NCBI GenBank assembly: GCA_037442745.1
Contig: JBBIPP010000004.1
Location: forward strand, 30,090 to 94,089
Direction: 5' to 3'
Source of the DNA: an archaeon
Lineage (GTDB): Archaea; SpSt-1190; DYHY01
DNA length: 64,000 nucleotides
This document shows, one piece after another, positions 28,273 to 38,868 of the stretch. The position numbers and the translations under genes were made by a program. The notes beneath the pieces were generated by a model. It did no database searches, was not told where the DNA came from, and worked only from the letters and a program-made list of their open reading frames with translations. Every line of letters begins with the position of its first letter. The first letter of the stretch is position 1.

Positions 28273-31200
28273 ATGTGTTTGGAAACGGTGGCAGAAAGAA
28301 AACTCTCTTTCTTAGGGATTTCCTTATTTTTAGCCCTTAATCTGTCCTTGTTGTCGTTTTCCCTATTTTCCGGCTATTCCGCCTTTGAAATAACCCTCAT
28401 TTATCCGGAAAATCTCTTCTGGACGAATCTTGACAACTTCTCATTGAATTTCACTTTCAATGCTACTAGCGACATCGATTCCGGAGGAGTGTGCTCCCTA
28501 TATCTCGGAGATGCGGTTGTCGGGACAGTCAATGCGACGAACTCGACTCCCGCAAACATAACTTCAGTGGCAGCGTTTTCTCAGGGGAACAACACTTGGC
28601 TAATATCCTGCACGAACTCGACAACTGAGAACTCTTCTGTTTCGATTTTCAGGTATGATGGTGTTGCGCCTGCCGTCTCTTCTCTTTCTCCAGCAGTTTC
28701 ATATTCCACAGCAGTCAATGAAACAAATTTTACTGGACAGGCAACTGACGCATTTACAATCTTCTCGCTTTCATTGTGGGGCAATTTCACCGGAACTTGG
28801 GCCATGAATTCCTCCAACATCTCATATTTGAACGGAGCCAACTGGACAGTTTCCCCGGGCGCTCTGAGCGAAGGAGTCCATCTCTGGGCGTTTTTTGCGA
28901 ACGATTCTGCAGGTAACGGGAATTTTTCAGAGAACAGGACGCTTGTTTTCGACTATACTCCCCCAACCAATTCCCCACTCTTCCCGGACAACCAGTCTTT
29001 CAAGAGTTCTGCCCTCCCCAATTTCTCATTTGCAGTCTCTGATGCGCTCTCCGGAGTCTCCTCATGCAGGGCGCTAATTGGGAACTCGACAGCTAACTAT
29101 ACCAATTCGACAATTTCTCCATCCCAAGGCTGGTGCAACTTTACCAACTTTTCCCTCTCAGGCCTCCAAAGCGGGCAATACGCCCTTTTCTTCAAGGTCA
29201 ACGATTCCGCCGGAAACGAGGCTTGGAACAGCACAATTTCACTGAATGTCGACGACATTGCCCCCCAAATCTCCTATGTAATCCCGAACAACACAATTTT
29301 CCTCTCGAACGCATCATTTACAATTTCCTTCGGCGAATCAGCGAACCTCTCCTGGATTGCGAATTCGACTGGAAACATCACCAACTCTACCGGTGAATCA
29401 ATCTCAGTCAATTCCCACCTTCCCACAGGAAACTACCAATGGACTGTTTTCGCAAGGGACTCTGCCGGAAACAATAACAAGACAACATTCAATTTCACTG
29501 TGAACCGCACTAGGCCGTTCGTCAATTCAACCATTCCAGCTGACGGCTATTATACGAACGATTCCACAGTCAACTTCACTTTCAATGTGACTGAGGAAAC
29601 AAACTCCTCAATGTATTGCGCAGTCCATCTCGACGGCGTCCTTAACGCGACAACCGCGAACTCCTCAGTCCTGAACAACACTCTTACAACAATATCAATT
29701 CCGGGAATTGCTTTCGGTTACCACACCTGGCGGGTTTCCTGCGCTAACTCTGAAAACACAACCTATTCGGAGACCAAGGATTTCGATGTGAGGAATGTCA
29801 ACGCTTCATCTCTCGATTTTCCCTCATATGTCCCACGGAACAAGGTCGTTTACCTGAATGCGTCCGTCCTAGCTTTCAAGAATTCGGAGAACGTTACCCT
29901 CTCAGTCTCCCTTCCATCAGGATTTTCAATTCTTTCGAACATAACTGATGCCTCCAACTGGACAGGTTCAGCGTCAGTCTGGAACTCTGCCATTCCATCT
30001 GGAAGCTCCCTTTGGCTCAATCTGACAATCCTTGTTCGGAACAACGCGTCTCTTGGGAGCTCTTCAATAACAATAACTGCCAACTCTTCCGAAGGGCACG
30101 GAGTCTCAAAAAAGCTCTCTTTCTCAGTTCTCCAGCCATCATCTAACCTGACTTTCTCTCCGGCCCAAATCAACCTGACTGCCGAAAAATCAGTCAACCT
30201 AACTCTTCCGAACAACGGAACTGGGAATATCACCTCATTCAATCTGACATTCAATCCAGCTTATTTCAACATAACGAACGCCTACAACCTCTCCTCCGGG
30301 TGGTTCTGCAACCACGCTTCCTTCTATCTGAACTGTTCCGGAGGTGGGATTGTCCAAAATTCGTCCGCTCTCTTCAACCTCTACCTGAAAGCCGGGACAT
30401 CTGATGGAAACTCCACCGGGACAGTCCATCTTTACGACTCCCTCGGCGGGAATTCTACTGTGAACTTCTCCGCCCCGGAAATCCTGAAAATTGGGGTTGT
30501 TTCCTCCAATTCGACAAGGACCTTAACTAGGAACGAAACAAACTCAAAGTCATTCACCCTGAATTTCACGAGCACGGGAATTCTTACGCCGAACACTTTC
30601 AACGGGACATTCTCGCCAGTCAATTTCACCTCGCTTAACGTCACCGGATATGGGGGGAACCTGACTTGCTTCAATTCAACTTCAACATCCCACCCTTCCG
30701 CCCCGAACACTTCATTCTACTGCAACGGAACATCCGGCTATGTAACTTTCCGCTTGACAGCGAACTCCTCCGCTCTCGGGATAACTCAGGGGGCTTTTGT
30801 CTCATCAAACGAAACTACTTCAAGCTTCGCGCTCGACCCGCTCAATTTCACAATCCAAAAGGCTCCGGAAGTGACAATCTTAATTGACGCGAGCCCGACA
30901 TCAGTCTCAATCGGAGGTTCCACTGCCCTATTGGCGGAGATAATAAACTGCTACGGCTCGTCCTATTGCGCAAACATCGTGAACGCTGCCGCAACCTGGA
31001 GCGTTATTTCCTCGAGCGGGACATGCTCCAGCACATTCACAAATCCTTCCTACTACTTCAGTCTCGAATCAAGGACGCCCGAAAATACGACAGTTGAATA
31101 CAACACAGGCCAGCAGACAAAGGCGGTCGCCTCGGTTGCGAGCACCTGCATTTACACAATGTCATTCACCGGCCTTGACGCGAACACGGGGGCGAACGTC

Positions 31201-32211
31201 ACATCAGTTTCCGTCACCACAAAGACAGTCACTGCGGTGAATTCGACGACAACTACGACCGTTGCTCCGGAAAACCCCTCAATTCCTCCGGTCGTTTCAA
31301 CCCCAACCCTTTCCCTCACACTCTCACCTACATCCCTTGCTGTGACAAAGGGTACTTCAAGGACAATAACCGCGACAGTCCGGCTTACCGGCCCTTCCCT
31401 TTCCACTGCGCTCTCCCTTTCGGCGAACGAGACTGGCATATACGCAATATCAATCTCCCCTTCTTCGTTTTCAAGCATATCTAATGCAACTTCCCGGAGC
31501 TTTACAATAACTTTGACTGTTCCCTCCACAACAGCCACGGGCTCAAGGGCTGTGAAATTCACCGCAACCTCCGGCTCTTACTCGGCGAACGCTGTCCTGA
31601 CTGTCCTAGTTCTCGATAGTTCGACAGCTGGGAACCAGACTGTCAATGCAACGAACAGCTCAGTTTCCGATTCAACTGCGAACAATACAAATTCTTCAGG
31701 GGGCGGGTCATTGGTGGCGAACGTCACAGCGCCGAATACCACAAAGGAGCTTGAAAGCGCGCTTCTGAAATTGGGCCTTCTTTCAAAGGAGCTAGGCGCC
31801 TTCAGCCTAGAGGGCGAGAACACCACAATTGCGAGCGAGCTTGTCCTGAATGCGACTGAACTGCTGAAAAAGGCCTCGGACGCCCTCCTTCGGGGGAACA
31901 TGTCAGAATACGAATGGTTCCTCTCTGCTGGAAAATCGGCGCTCTCCAAGGCAAGCGCGCAGGTATTCTCAATAAAGGTGAGGCGGGCGTGGCCAATACT
32001 CCTCTATTCATTGGGAGCAGTCCTCTTGATTGGCCTTGTATCTGCAGGAGCATATGCAATTCTCTCTGGAAAGCAGGCAATTCTTCCGAAAAGAGCGACA
32101 GTTGCCGGAACGAAAAAGGAGATTACCTCAGTTCTCGAAGAGTTTTCAAGCGAGATAAAAGAGCCCTTGGAAAAGAAGAAAAAGGCGAAAGATGAAGGGA
32201 GGTCTTTGTAA
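28273..32211 (+). CDS. Large cell-surface glycoprotein (Ig-like repeats, Thr/Ser linker, C-terminal TM)
   Basis: 1312 aa; signal; very dense N-x-S/T; repeated W...A.DSAGN motifs; TM and Lys-rich tail. Confidence 0.88.
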   Translation: MCLETVAERKLSFLGISLFLALNLSLLSFSLFSGYSAFEITLIYPENLFWTNLDNFSLNFTFNATSDIDSGGVCSLYLGDAVVGTVNATNSTPANITSVAAFSQGNNTWLISCTNSTTENSSVSIFRYDGVAPAVSSLSPAVSYSTAVNETNFTGQATDAFTIFSLSLWGNFTGTWAMNSSNISYLNGANWTVSPGALSEGVHLWAFFANDSAGNGNFSENRTLVFDYTPPTNSPLFPDNQSFKSSALPNFSFAVSDALSGVSSCRALIGNSTANYTNSTISPSQGWCNFTNFSLSGLQSGQYALFFKVNDSAGNEAWNSTISLNVDDIAPQISYVIPNNTIFLSNASFTISFGESANLSWIANSTGNITNSTGESISVNSHLPTGNYQWTVFARDSAGNNNKTTFNFTVNRTRPFVNSTIPADGYYTNDSTVNFTFNVTEETNSSMYCAVHLDGVLNATTANSSVLNNTLTTISIPGIAFGYHTWRVSCANSENTTYSETKDFDVRNVNASSLDFPSYVPRNKVVYLNASVLAFKNSENVTLSVSLPSGFSILSNITDASNWTGSASVWNSAIPSGSSLWLNLTILVRNNASLGSSSITITANSSEGHGVSKKLSFSVLQPSSNLTFSPAQINLTAEKSVNLTLPNNGTGNITSFNLTFNPAYFNITNAYNLSSGWFCNHASFYLNCSGGGIVQNSSALFNLYLKAGTSDGNSTGTVHLYDSLGGNSTVNFSAPEILKIGVVSSNSTRTLTRNETNSKSFTLNFTSTGILTPNTFNGTFSPVNFTSLNVTGYGGNLTCFNSTSTSHPSAPNTSFYCNGTSGYVTFRLTANSSALGITQGAFVSSNETTSSFALDPLNFTIQKAPEVTILIDASPTSVSIGGSTALLAEIINCYGSSYCANIVNAAATWSVISSSGTCSSTFTNPSYYFSLESRTPENTTVEYNTGQQTKAVASVASTCIYTMSFTGLDANTGANVTSVSVTTKTVTAVNSTTTTTVAPENPSIPPVVSTPTLSLTLSPTSLAVTKGTSRTITATVRLTGPSLSTALSLSANETGIYAISISPSSFSSISNATSRSFTITLTVPSTTATGSRAVKFTATSGSYSANAVLTVLVLDSSTAGNQTVNATNSSVSDSTANNTNSSGGGSLVANVTAPNTTKELESALLKLGLLSKELGAFSLEGENTTIASELVLNATELLKKASDALLRGNMSEYEWFLSAGKSALSKASAQVFSIKVRRAWPILLYSLGAVLLIGLVSAGAYAILSGKQAILPKRATVAGTKKEITSVLEEFSSEIKEPLEKKKKAKDEGRSL

Positions 32212-32213
32212 AA

Positions 32214-33263
32214 ATGGATTCTATTGAGAAAAAAGCCCCGCACACATTCTCAATTATATCTGGAAAGGGCGGGGTCGGAAAGACGACAGTCACATCCAAC
32301 CTTGGAATTCTTCTGGCCTCGGAGTTCGGAAAAAAGGTTCTTGTTATTGACGGAAACATCAGCACAGCGAACCTCGGGATACATCTGGGCTTCATAAAGT
32401 GCCCTGTCTCATTCCAGGACGTCATTGACAAGACAATAAAGACTTACCAGGCGGTTTATGTCCACAAATCAGGGCTTAACATAATTCCGGCCTCCCTTTC
32501 AATGGAGCACGAGCAGCACGACTATCCGGCGAACCTTCTTTCAAAAAGGATACAAAAGATTGTCTCAGACGTCAAATTGCACTATGACATTGTCCTGATT
32601 GACGGAGCAGCGGGGATTAGCGGAGAGGCAAAAGCCGCGATTTCCGCGAGCGAATCAGTACTGGCAATAACTGTTCCGGAAATTCCGACAGTCACCGCCA
32701 CAATAAAGGTTGTCGAGACTGCAAAAGAGCTAAAAGTCCCTGTTTTCGGGATTGTAATGAACCGCGTCAGGGGGGGAAAAATCGAGGTTTCAAAAGACGA
32801 GATAGAGCGCCTCTGCAAAGCAAAGGTAATATGCATTGTCCCGGAGGATGAGGCTGTCCGGGAGAGCACGTCCCATAGGGAGCCTGTCTCGGTCATACGG
32901 CCAAACTCGGCGTCAGTCAAGGAGCTCAGGAAGCTTGCGGGGAAAATTGTTCTGGCATCCGAAGGAAAATCAGAGGATTGTCCGGCGCCAAAGCCGAAAG
33001 GAAAATTGTTATTCGGGATTTTCGGGAAAAAGAGGGTGGCTCCGGAAAATTTGCTTCTCTCACAGGGAAACGATAAAAAGGCGCAATGGGCTCTAGCTCC
33101 CTCTCAAGGAAGCCAAAAGGAGGGCAGGGAGTCAGAGGGGGATCAGATAGAGTCAGGGCATAGCAGGCCCGCGAAATCGGACCCTAGGAAAGACAAGGAA
33201 AATCCGGGGAAAATTGATGGAAAGAAAGGATGGTGGTTTTGGTTTTTTGGGCGGAAGAAATGA
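32214..33263 (+). CDS. minD: MinD/ParA-family ATPase with extended C-terminal tail
   Basis: SGKGGVGKTT, IDGN...ANL, LIDGAAG, GIVMNR, VPED..V; two amphipathic motifs (LLFGIFGKK, WWFWFFGRKK). Confidence 0.88.
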   Translation: MDSIEKKAPHTFSIISGKGGVGKTTVTSNLGILLASEFGKKVLVIDGNISTANLGIHLGFIKCPVSFQDVIDKTIKTYQAVYVHKSGLNIIPASLSMEHEQHDYPANLLSKRIQKIVSDVKLHYDIVLIDGAAGISGEAKAAISASESVLAITVPEIPTVTATIKVVETAKELKVPVFGIVMNRVRGGKIEVSKDEIERLCKAKVICIVPEDEAVRESTSHREPVSVIRPNSASVKELRKLAGKIVLASEGKSEDCPAPKPKGKLLFGIFGKKRVAPENLLLSQGNDKKAQWALAPSQGSQKEGRESEGDQIESGHSRPAKSDPRKDKENPGKIDGKKGWWFWFFGRKK

Positions 33264-36200
33264 GCTCCCTTTTCTTTCGGTAATTTTTGCACTTATTCTG
33301 GTGATTTCCCCGGCAGTTTCTCTCGGGGAAATATACAATTCAACCCTTGAATTCTTCTATCCCAACGGGACTTCTGTCCAAAACCCGAACGGCGGGCAGA
33401 GCGTTGTCCCGATTCTTGTCCTCTATGTGAAGAATGCGGACGCTCCGGCTCCGGCATTCAATCTCACTGGAATAGAGGTTTTCGTGACAAACTCCTCCTT
33501 GGCAATCCCCCAGTGCTACAACTGGAATTTGTGGGGCCTTGACCAGACCGAGCCCCAGAGGCCAAACAACACTTATTCCCACGGAAACGGGTATTCAGTT
33601 TCAATCGGAGGCCCTTTAACACCCGAAGGCTGGCTTGTTTCGACGAACGCTTCGATTTCATGCAACCTTACGTATCTCAATCTCATCAACCAGTCGAATC
33701 CCCTGAACCTGACAAATGTCTCCAAATGGAACTTTACAAAAGGCTATCCTCTGTCAAACGTCTCGTCTTGGAACGTTTCAGGCAACAACACATATTCTCC
33801 AGCGTTCGTTGTCCGTTTCGGAGGAATTTTTGGCAACACAATCCTTCTTCCTTATGAGAACACTGTTACGCTGGTCTCCCGGGGATTGTTCTCCAACGGA
33901 ACGCACACCGAATATACTGGCAACGTCACGAGATCTTTCAGGGTTCTTTTCCCTAATCCCTCTTCCCGGTTTTCGGCGCTCCCAAACGCGTCAGTTGAAA
34001 TTGGCTCGTCAGTTGAGCTCTTCTCAATTAACACAACCGATTCTTCAGGAGTTCCATTCAACTCGTCAAGAATAGTCTTCAACGTTACGAACTCTTCCGC
34101 ATTTTCCTCCGTTTATGTTCTCAATTCATCAAGTGGGTTTGTTTCAGCGAACTCCTCCTTTTCCGAAGGCGCCATCTCCCTTTCCCTTGGAAACTTCACA
34201 GGTCCCGGGAACTTTTCCGTAATTGGGAACTTGTCTTCGACCGCGCAGATATCCTCGTTCTCACTGGCGTTCTCCCCCAGAGGGGGCCTCGAATATCTAG
34301 CACCTGTGAATCTTGACCCAGTAAATTACACTTATCTCCCCTCTCCGCTCGCATGGAACTTTACTGATGCGAATTCCTCTTCCCTCGACCGCACAGTCCA
34401 GATTTCTGGATATTCAGTTAATTTCTCCTATTCAATCCCAAACTTTTCAAGGGCCCAGACAAAGCAGTTCAACCTGACAATTGTCCCTCTTTCCGGAACT
34501 CCGAAATACCACCTTATTTCGCCGGTTTCTGGATTCACAATTGCCGGAGCCTCCGTCGCATCAGGGAACGGGAGTTGCTTTAGGAATTCGACAACGCTCG
34601 CCACCTGTTTTTCAAACAACCCAGGCAACCTGACAATTTCAATAAACGCGACGGCCTCCGCAGTTTCCGGGAAAAGCAACTGGTCAATCCAGTCATTCAG
34701 CGAATTCGGAGCCAGCTATGCGAATTCTTCGGCCTTTGAAACCGAGTCACAGGGCCCGGCAATTCTAAACGTCACCTTAATGACCCCCCTTCCGCCGAAC
34801 TTGACATTGGGCCAAACCGGTGTATCTGTGACTTTCCTGGTAAATAACACCGGGGAAGCAAGGGCACTGTCAGTCCAGCCGAATGTCTCAATTGCGCATT
34901 CCAACTCGAGCCTCCCTCCAATTGCCCCTCCCGCTCTTTCCCCCCTTTCAATTGACCCCAATTCCTCAGTCACTTTCAAGGTTTCCTTCTCAATACCCGC
35001 AAACTACTCTCCCGGAAATCTCTCGGTTTTCCTCAATGCGACCGGCCACGACGCAAACCTGCTCTCAATTGTCTCCTCCACGGCAAATTCTTCGAACGCA
35101 ACGGTTCTCAGGCCGGCAACGGCAATTGTCTCAAAGGCAGAGCTTTCTGTGACGCAAGGATACCTTTCAAGGAACTATACAATATCAGCGTCAATCCTAA
35201 ACCTTGGGGAGAGTCGCCTGAAGGAAATCGGATATTCGATTTCCCCGAAATCCCTTGGAATATCGACAGTCTCTCCCAAGTCTTCCCTTCCGGAGGCGGA
35301 AATTGGGGGATTTTCTAACTTTTCAATCCCTATTGAAATATCGAGCTCGGCTCAAAATGGAAATTTCTCGTTCAACCTGACAATAACTGGGAAGGACTCT
35401 TCCTCCCTCGCGACAATATCAAATTGGACGACAATAAATGTCTCAATAGAAAATCCCCTGAAAATGTCCCTTGTTCCGGAGAACCTTACATATTACGATG
35501 TAGAGGCAGGAAAGGAGTTGAACCTCTCAGTTCTCCTCTCTTCAATTGACGGAGTGGAAATATCTGGAGTTTCCCTCTTGTTTGGCAACTCTACCGCCTT
35601 TAGCATATCTCCCATTTCCGCAATAAACGTCTCCGGAGAGGTTTCGACCATCAACTTTTCGCTTTCCCCCCTCGAGAACGCGACAACTGAGAACAAGACG
35701 CGCATCGTCTCAATACAGGCAGTCTCCTCAGGAGGGCTCAGGTCAGACGCAGTATTGCTCACGCTTTACACAATCCCAAAAATAATCTGTGGCGGAAAAA
35801 ACGAGGCCTGTTGCGTTGCCAGAGCGTTGGTTTCGGAATGCAAAGAAGGCAACCTGTGCTGTTCGGGGACCTGCCGTCTGGCGTCCGAAGGAAAATGCTG
35901 CTCAGCAATCTGGAAGCCCTCCTTCCTCTGCTGTGCGGATGCTGATTGCGGGGAGAATGAGATATGTGCTCTCAACAACGGAACCTGCATAACAAAGCCT
36001 TTCGGGGAGCATGAGGCAAACAAACTCCTATCAAGTCTTTCTGTCAAGCTAAACGATCTTGAAAAAAGAATAGCTGACTCCAAGAAAGGGGGATTTAACA
36101 CGGAAAATCCCGAAACAATACTCCAGGCAATTGACCTGAAAATGAGGCAGGCAAGGAACCTGATAACTGAGAAGAAGTATCTGGACGCGAAAAAATTGAT

Positions 36201-36765
36201 TGAGAATACCGAAACTCTCCTAAAGGATGCGGAAACCGCTCTCGCATCAGCCCCGAAAAAGCCTTCCGGGCTGGCATTTGCCCTCCTTTTCCTCTTAATT
36301 CTGGTAATTGGTGCCGGAGGGGCAGGATTCTACTACATGCAGAAAGACAGGGCCGGATTTTCACTGAAAATGAAAATAATGGAAAATGGGATGTCTAAGA
36401 TTTTCAAGGAAGGGCTGAAAGAGTCCGGAAAATCGTCCGCCCCCATTTCAAAGCAGGCGCCCCAGCCAGCATCCCAAAACAAACCAGTCCAACAAATTCA
36501 GCAGCAACAGCCCCAGATGTTCCAAAAGTTTCCGGTTTCGCCCCAGCAGCAGGTTGCACAGCTCTATTCTCTATCTCCAGGACCATATTACTCACAGAAC
36601 CGCTCGTTTTTCTCGCCAGCCCCCGCCCAATATTCCCAGCAAAGAGGGGTGTATTTTCCCCAAGCCTCTCCCCGGCTCTCCCCTCAGAAGGGAGCTGGAT
36701 TCTCGGGAGGTGTGTCAGGAGGATTCTCTCTCCCGGCGTCAATTCAGCAGAAAAAGAAATTCTGA
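33217..36765 (+). CDS. Large cell-surface glycoprotein with Cys-rich module, coiled coil, TM and Q/P/Y-rich cytoplasmic tail
   Basis: Signal; dense N-x-S/T; V.N.GE (CARDB-like) repeats; CC-rich segment; TM near aa 1020. Confidence 0.87.
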   Translation: MERKDGGFGFLGGRNELPFLSVIFALILVISPAVSLGEIYNSTLEFFYPNGTSVQNPNGGQSVVPILVLYVKNADAPAPAFNLTGIEVFVTNSSLAIPQCYNWNLWGLDQTEPQRPNNTYSHGNGYSVSIGGPLTPEGWLVSTNASISCNLTYLNLINQSNPLNLTNVSKWNFTKGYPLSNVSSWNVSGNNTYSPAFVVRFGGIFGNTILLPYENTVTLVSRGLFSNGTHTEYTGNVTRSFRVLFPNPSSRFSALPNASVEIGSSVELFSINTTDSSGVPFNSSRIVFNVTNSSAFSSVYVLNSSSGFVSANSSFSEGAISLSLGNFTGPGNFSVIGNLSSTAQISSFSLAFSPRGGLEYLAPVNLDPVNYTYLPSPLAWNFTDANSSSLDRTVQISGYSVNFSYSIPNFSRAQTKQFNLTIVPLSGTPKYHLISPVSGFTIAGASVASGNGSCFRNSTTLATCFSNNPGNLTISINATASAVSGKSNWSIQSFSEFGASYANSSAFETESQGPAILNVTLMTPLPPNLTLGQTGVSVTFLVNNTGEARALSVQPNVSIAHSNSSLPPIAPPALSPLSIDPNSSVTFKVSFSIPANYSPGNLSVFLNATGHDANLLSIVSSTANSSNATVLRPATAIVSKAELSVTQGYLSRNYTISASILNLGESRLKEIGYSISPKSLGISTVSPKSSLPEAEIGGFSNFSIPIEISSSAQNGNFSFNLTITGKDSSSLATISNWTTINVSIENPLKMSLVPENLTYYDVEAGKELNLSVLLSSIDGVEISGVSLLFGNSTAFSISPISAINVSGEVSTINFSLSPLENATTENKTRIVSIQAVSSGGLRSDAVLLTLYTIPKIICGGKNEACCVARALVSECKEGNLCCSGTCRLASEGKCCSAIWKPSFLCCADADCGENEICALNNGTCITKPFGEHEANKLLSSLSVKLNDLEKRIADSKKGGFNTENPETILQAIDLKMRQARNLITEKKYLDAKKLIENTETLLKDAETALASAPKKPSGLAFALLFLLILVIGAGGAGFYYMQKDRAGFSLKMKIMENGMSKIFKEGLKESGKSSAPISKQAPQPASQNKPVQQIQQQQPQMFQKFPVSPQQQVAQLYSLSPGPYYSQNRSFFSPAPAQYSQQRGVYFPQASPRLSPQKGAGFSGGVSGGFSLPASIQQKKKF

Positions 36766-36768
36766 TTT

Positions 36769-37923
36769 CTACGCCCGCGTATTTTGCATTGCCGTTTTCG
36801 AAAGGGATGCCAATGTCGGAACCTCCCCTTGGGCATCCTGCTTCTGGGGAGTTGCGGAAGATATTATTCTTTCGACAAAATCGGCGGAGAGCTTTCCCTT
36901 GACAGCGTTCTGAAGGGGGGTCTTTTCAACTGATTTTTTCCCCTTGCCAGATAGCGTCCTCAGATAATATGAGACGAACATTCCGAAATATAGCCCGGCG
37001 AAAATCCTGGCCACCCTGCTTTTGGTGTCTGGAAGGGTTATTTTCACGAACTTGTTCGCATATTTTTTGAGAACCTTTTCCGAGATTGCTAGACCGGCCT
37101 TTTCGCGCTCGTTCTCGTCCTTTGGGCTACGAAGAATTACCGCCACGGCCTTCGGCCTGTCCTCCCAGATCGAGAAATCGTGGTGGTTTCCTTCCGGAAG
37201 TATCTCCCACTTGACGAACACTTTTGAGTTCTCGGCGAAATTGTCCTTGAAGACCTCCCCCAATCCCGAGATTTCAGACGGAACATACACAGCAAGGGGG
37301 AGGCCTTTCAGGTCGCCCGCAATTTTCATTGCTGGGTTCTTCTTCTTCGGGACTTGGGCAGAACAGCTTTCCCGTATCTTCCTGCACGCTTCCACCGTTT
37401 CCAATATCTCCTCATGCGTAATCTGCAGTATTCCAAGTTTCCTCAAGATTCCTGCAGGGGTAAGAGTTACGAACGCTGTGCCGATTCTTGTAGGCTGGAA
37501 TTTCTCCGGAAAGTCGACATGCGGTATCTGGAGGCGGGAGCACAGTTCCTTTAATTTCGCCGGTATTCCCATGGCAATTATGCTACAGCCTTTCTTGTGC
37601 GCGAGGGCTGTTGCTGATATTGTCTCTTCCGTCTTTCCGGAGAAGCTGACAGCAAGGCAGAGCGTCTCAGCCCCGTAATAGGGGGGTATTTCGTATGAAT
37701 TGTTCGCCCGTATGTCAAGATAAGGCGCAATATTTTGGAGGAGCCCCGCCCCATATCCGCTCCCTCCCATCCCAAGTATTGCAATTCTCGTGTATTTCTT
37801 GTAATAGCGAAGTGGCAATGTCGGTTTTTCCCCCAGAGAGAACGCCTCGGAAACGCTTTCCGGAAACATGAGGATTTTGCCGTAAATCTTTCCGTTAACC
37901 CCTTGATTGATTCCCTTTTTCAT
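36769..37923 (-). CDS. Bifunctional phosphoglucose/phosphomannose isomerase (SIS fold)
   Basis: GMGGSG, VSFSGKTEET, NPA..IA, ENSK, PE.NH. Confidence 0.88.
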   Translation of the reverse strand: MKKGINQGVNGKIYGKILMFPESVSEAFSLGEKPTLPLRYYKKYTRIAILGMGGSGYGAGLLQNIAPYLDIRANNSYEIPPYYGAETLCLAVSFSGKTEETISATALAHKKGCSIIAMGIPAKLKELCSRLQIPHVDFPEKFQPTRIGTAFVTLTPAGILRKLGILQITHEEILETVEACRKIRESCSAQVPKKKNPAMKIAGDLKGLPLAVYVPSEISGLGEVFKDNFAENSKVFVKWEILPEGNHHDFSIWEDRPKAVAVILRSPKDENEREKAGLAISEKVLKKYANKFVKITLPDTKSRVARIFAGLYFGMFVSYYLRTLSGKGKKSVEKTPLQNAVKGKLSADFVERIISSATPQKQDAQGEVPTLASLSKTAMQNTRA

Positions 37924-37948
37924 ATTTTTTCATTCCCCTCTAAGAGCC

Positions 37949-38632
37949 TCACACGAGAACTAAAAGCACAAGAGTCTCATATATTGCCCGCATTGCCGCG
38001 GAAGACCCGAACCCTCCGTTCTTCAGGTGAAGATATCCGGAGGCGGACCCTACCGCAAGCCCGAGAACAAAGTTCGGGACGGGTGGGAGGAACTTTGTCG
38101 TTAGGGCAAAGTATGTAGCGAAAAGAAGCGTTGCCACAAGAAAGCCCGTTCGCTCCTCCCCGAAAGAATCCTGAAGTGCGCCCCGAAAGAACCATTCTTC
38201 CACGACTGCAATTGCGAACCTCACAATGAAGAAAATTGGGATGAACTTGAGCGATGCTTCTGGGTAGGGGAGAATTCCCGAGAAGACGAAATAGAAGAGC
38301 GCATATGTCGGGAGGAAGAGCGCAAGGGCAATCGGAAGAGTCCTTTTGAAGAAGTTTTTTCCGAAACCAATTGCTATTTCGAGGGCGAACTCACCTATCC
38401 CCCTTCCCCCAATGGCGGAAAAAGCAATGTTGAACGAGAGTATTGAGAGATAAACCGACCCTATCCCGAAAAGGTCGTCAATTGCCCTGCTCCCCGACGA
38501 TATTCCGAGGAAATTGGCAAGTGAACTGAAATGGCCGAACCTTACAAGGAATGCGAGGAAAATCGCGAAAAGGGAAAAGCCGGCCGTGGCAGCGAAATCC
38601 CTCCAATGCATTGCAGTATTGTTCATTTTCAT
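37949..38632 (-). CDS. CPBP/Abi (CAAX protease-like) intramembrane protein, His motifs degenerate
   Basis: VEEWFFRG; the FxxxH and H..N positions read FATY and MRAIYE. Confidence 0.75.
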   Translation of the reverse strand: MKMNNTAMHWRDFAATAGFSLFAIFLAFLVRFGHFSSLANFLGISSGSRAIDDLFGIGSVYLSILSFNIAFSAIGGRGIGEFALEIAIGFGKNFFKRTLPIALALFLPTYALFYFVFSGILPYPEASLKFIPIFFIVRFAIAVVEEWFFRGALQDSFGEERTGFLVATLLFATYFALTTKFLPPVPNFVLGLAVGSASGYLHLKNGGFGSSAAMRAIYETLVLLVLV

Positions 38633-38784
38633 TTTTTCTTCTTGTCCTTTTTCTCTTCCTTAATCGGTGGGGTGTTGAAGACAAGCGCAAGACCTGCGAC
38701 GAAAAAGACGGTGAAAAACATTATTATTGAGACTAAAAGCAGGCTCGGTAAATCAGAGAAAATTGTGTCGAACGGAGTTGCCAT
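38629..38784 (-). CDS. 51-aa single-TM protein with Lys-rich tail
   Basis: Below the track cutoff: MATPFDTIFSDLPSLLLVSIIMFFTVFFVAGLALVFNTPPIKEEKKDKKKK; ATGA overlap with the next gene. Confidence 0.65.
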   Translation of the reverse strand: MATPFDTIFSDLPSLLLVSIIMFFTVFFVAGLALVFNTPPIKEEKKDKKKK

Positions 38785-38868
38785 ATCGGGCGCCCGTTTT
38801 TTCAATATTTAATGGTTTTTCCGGGTTAAGGGTTAAATACTCTAGGCGAGGCGGGGCTTTGGACCCAA

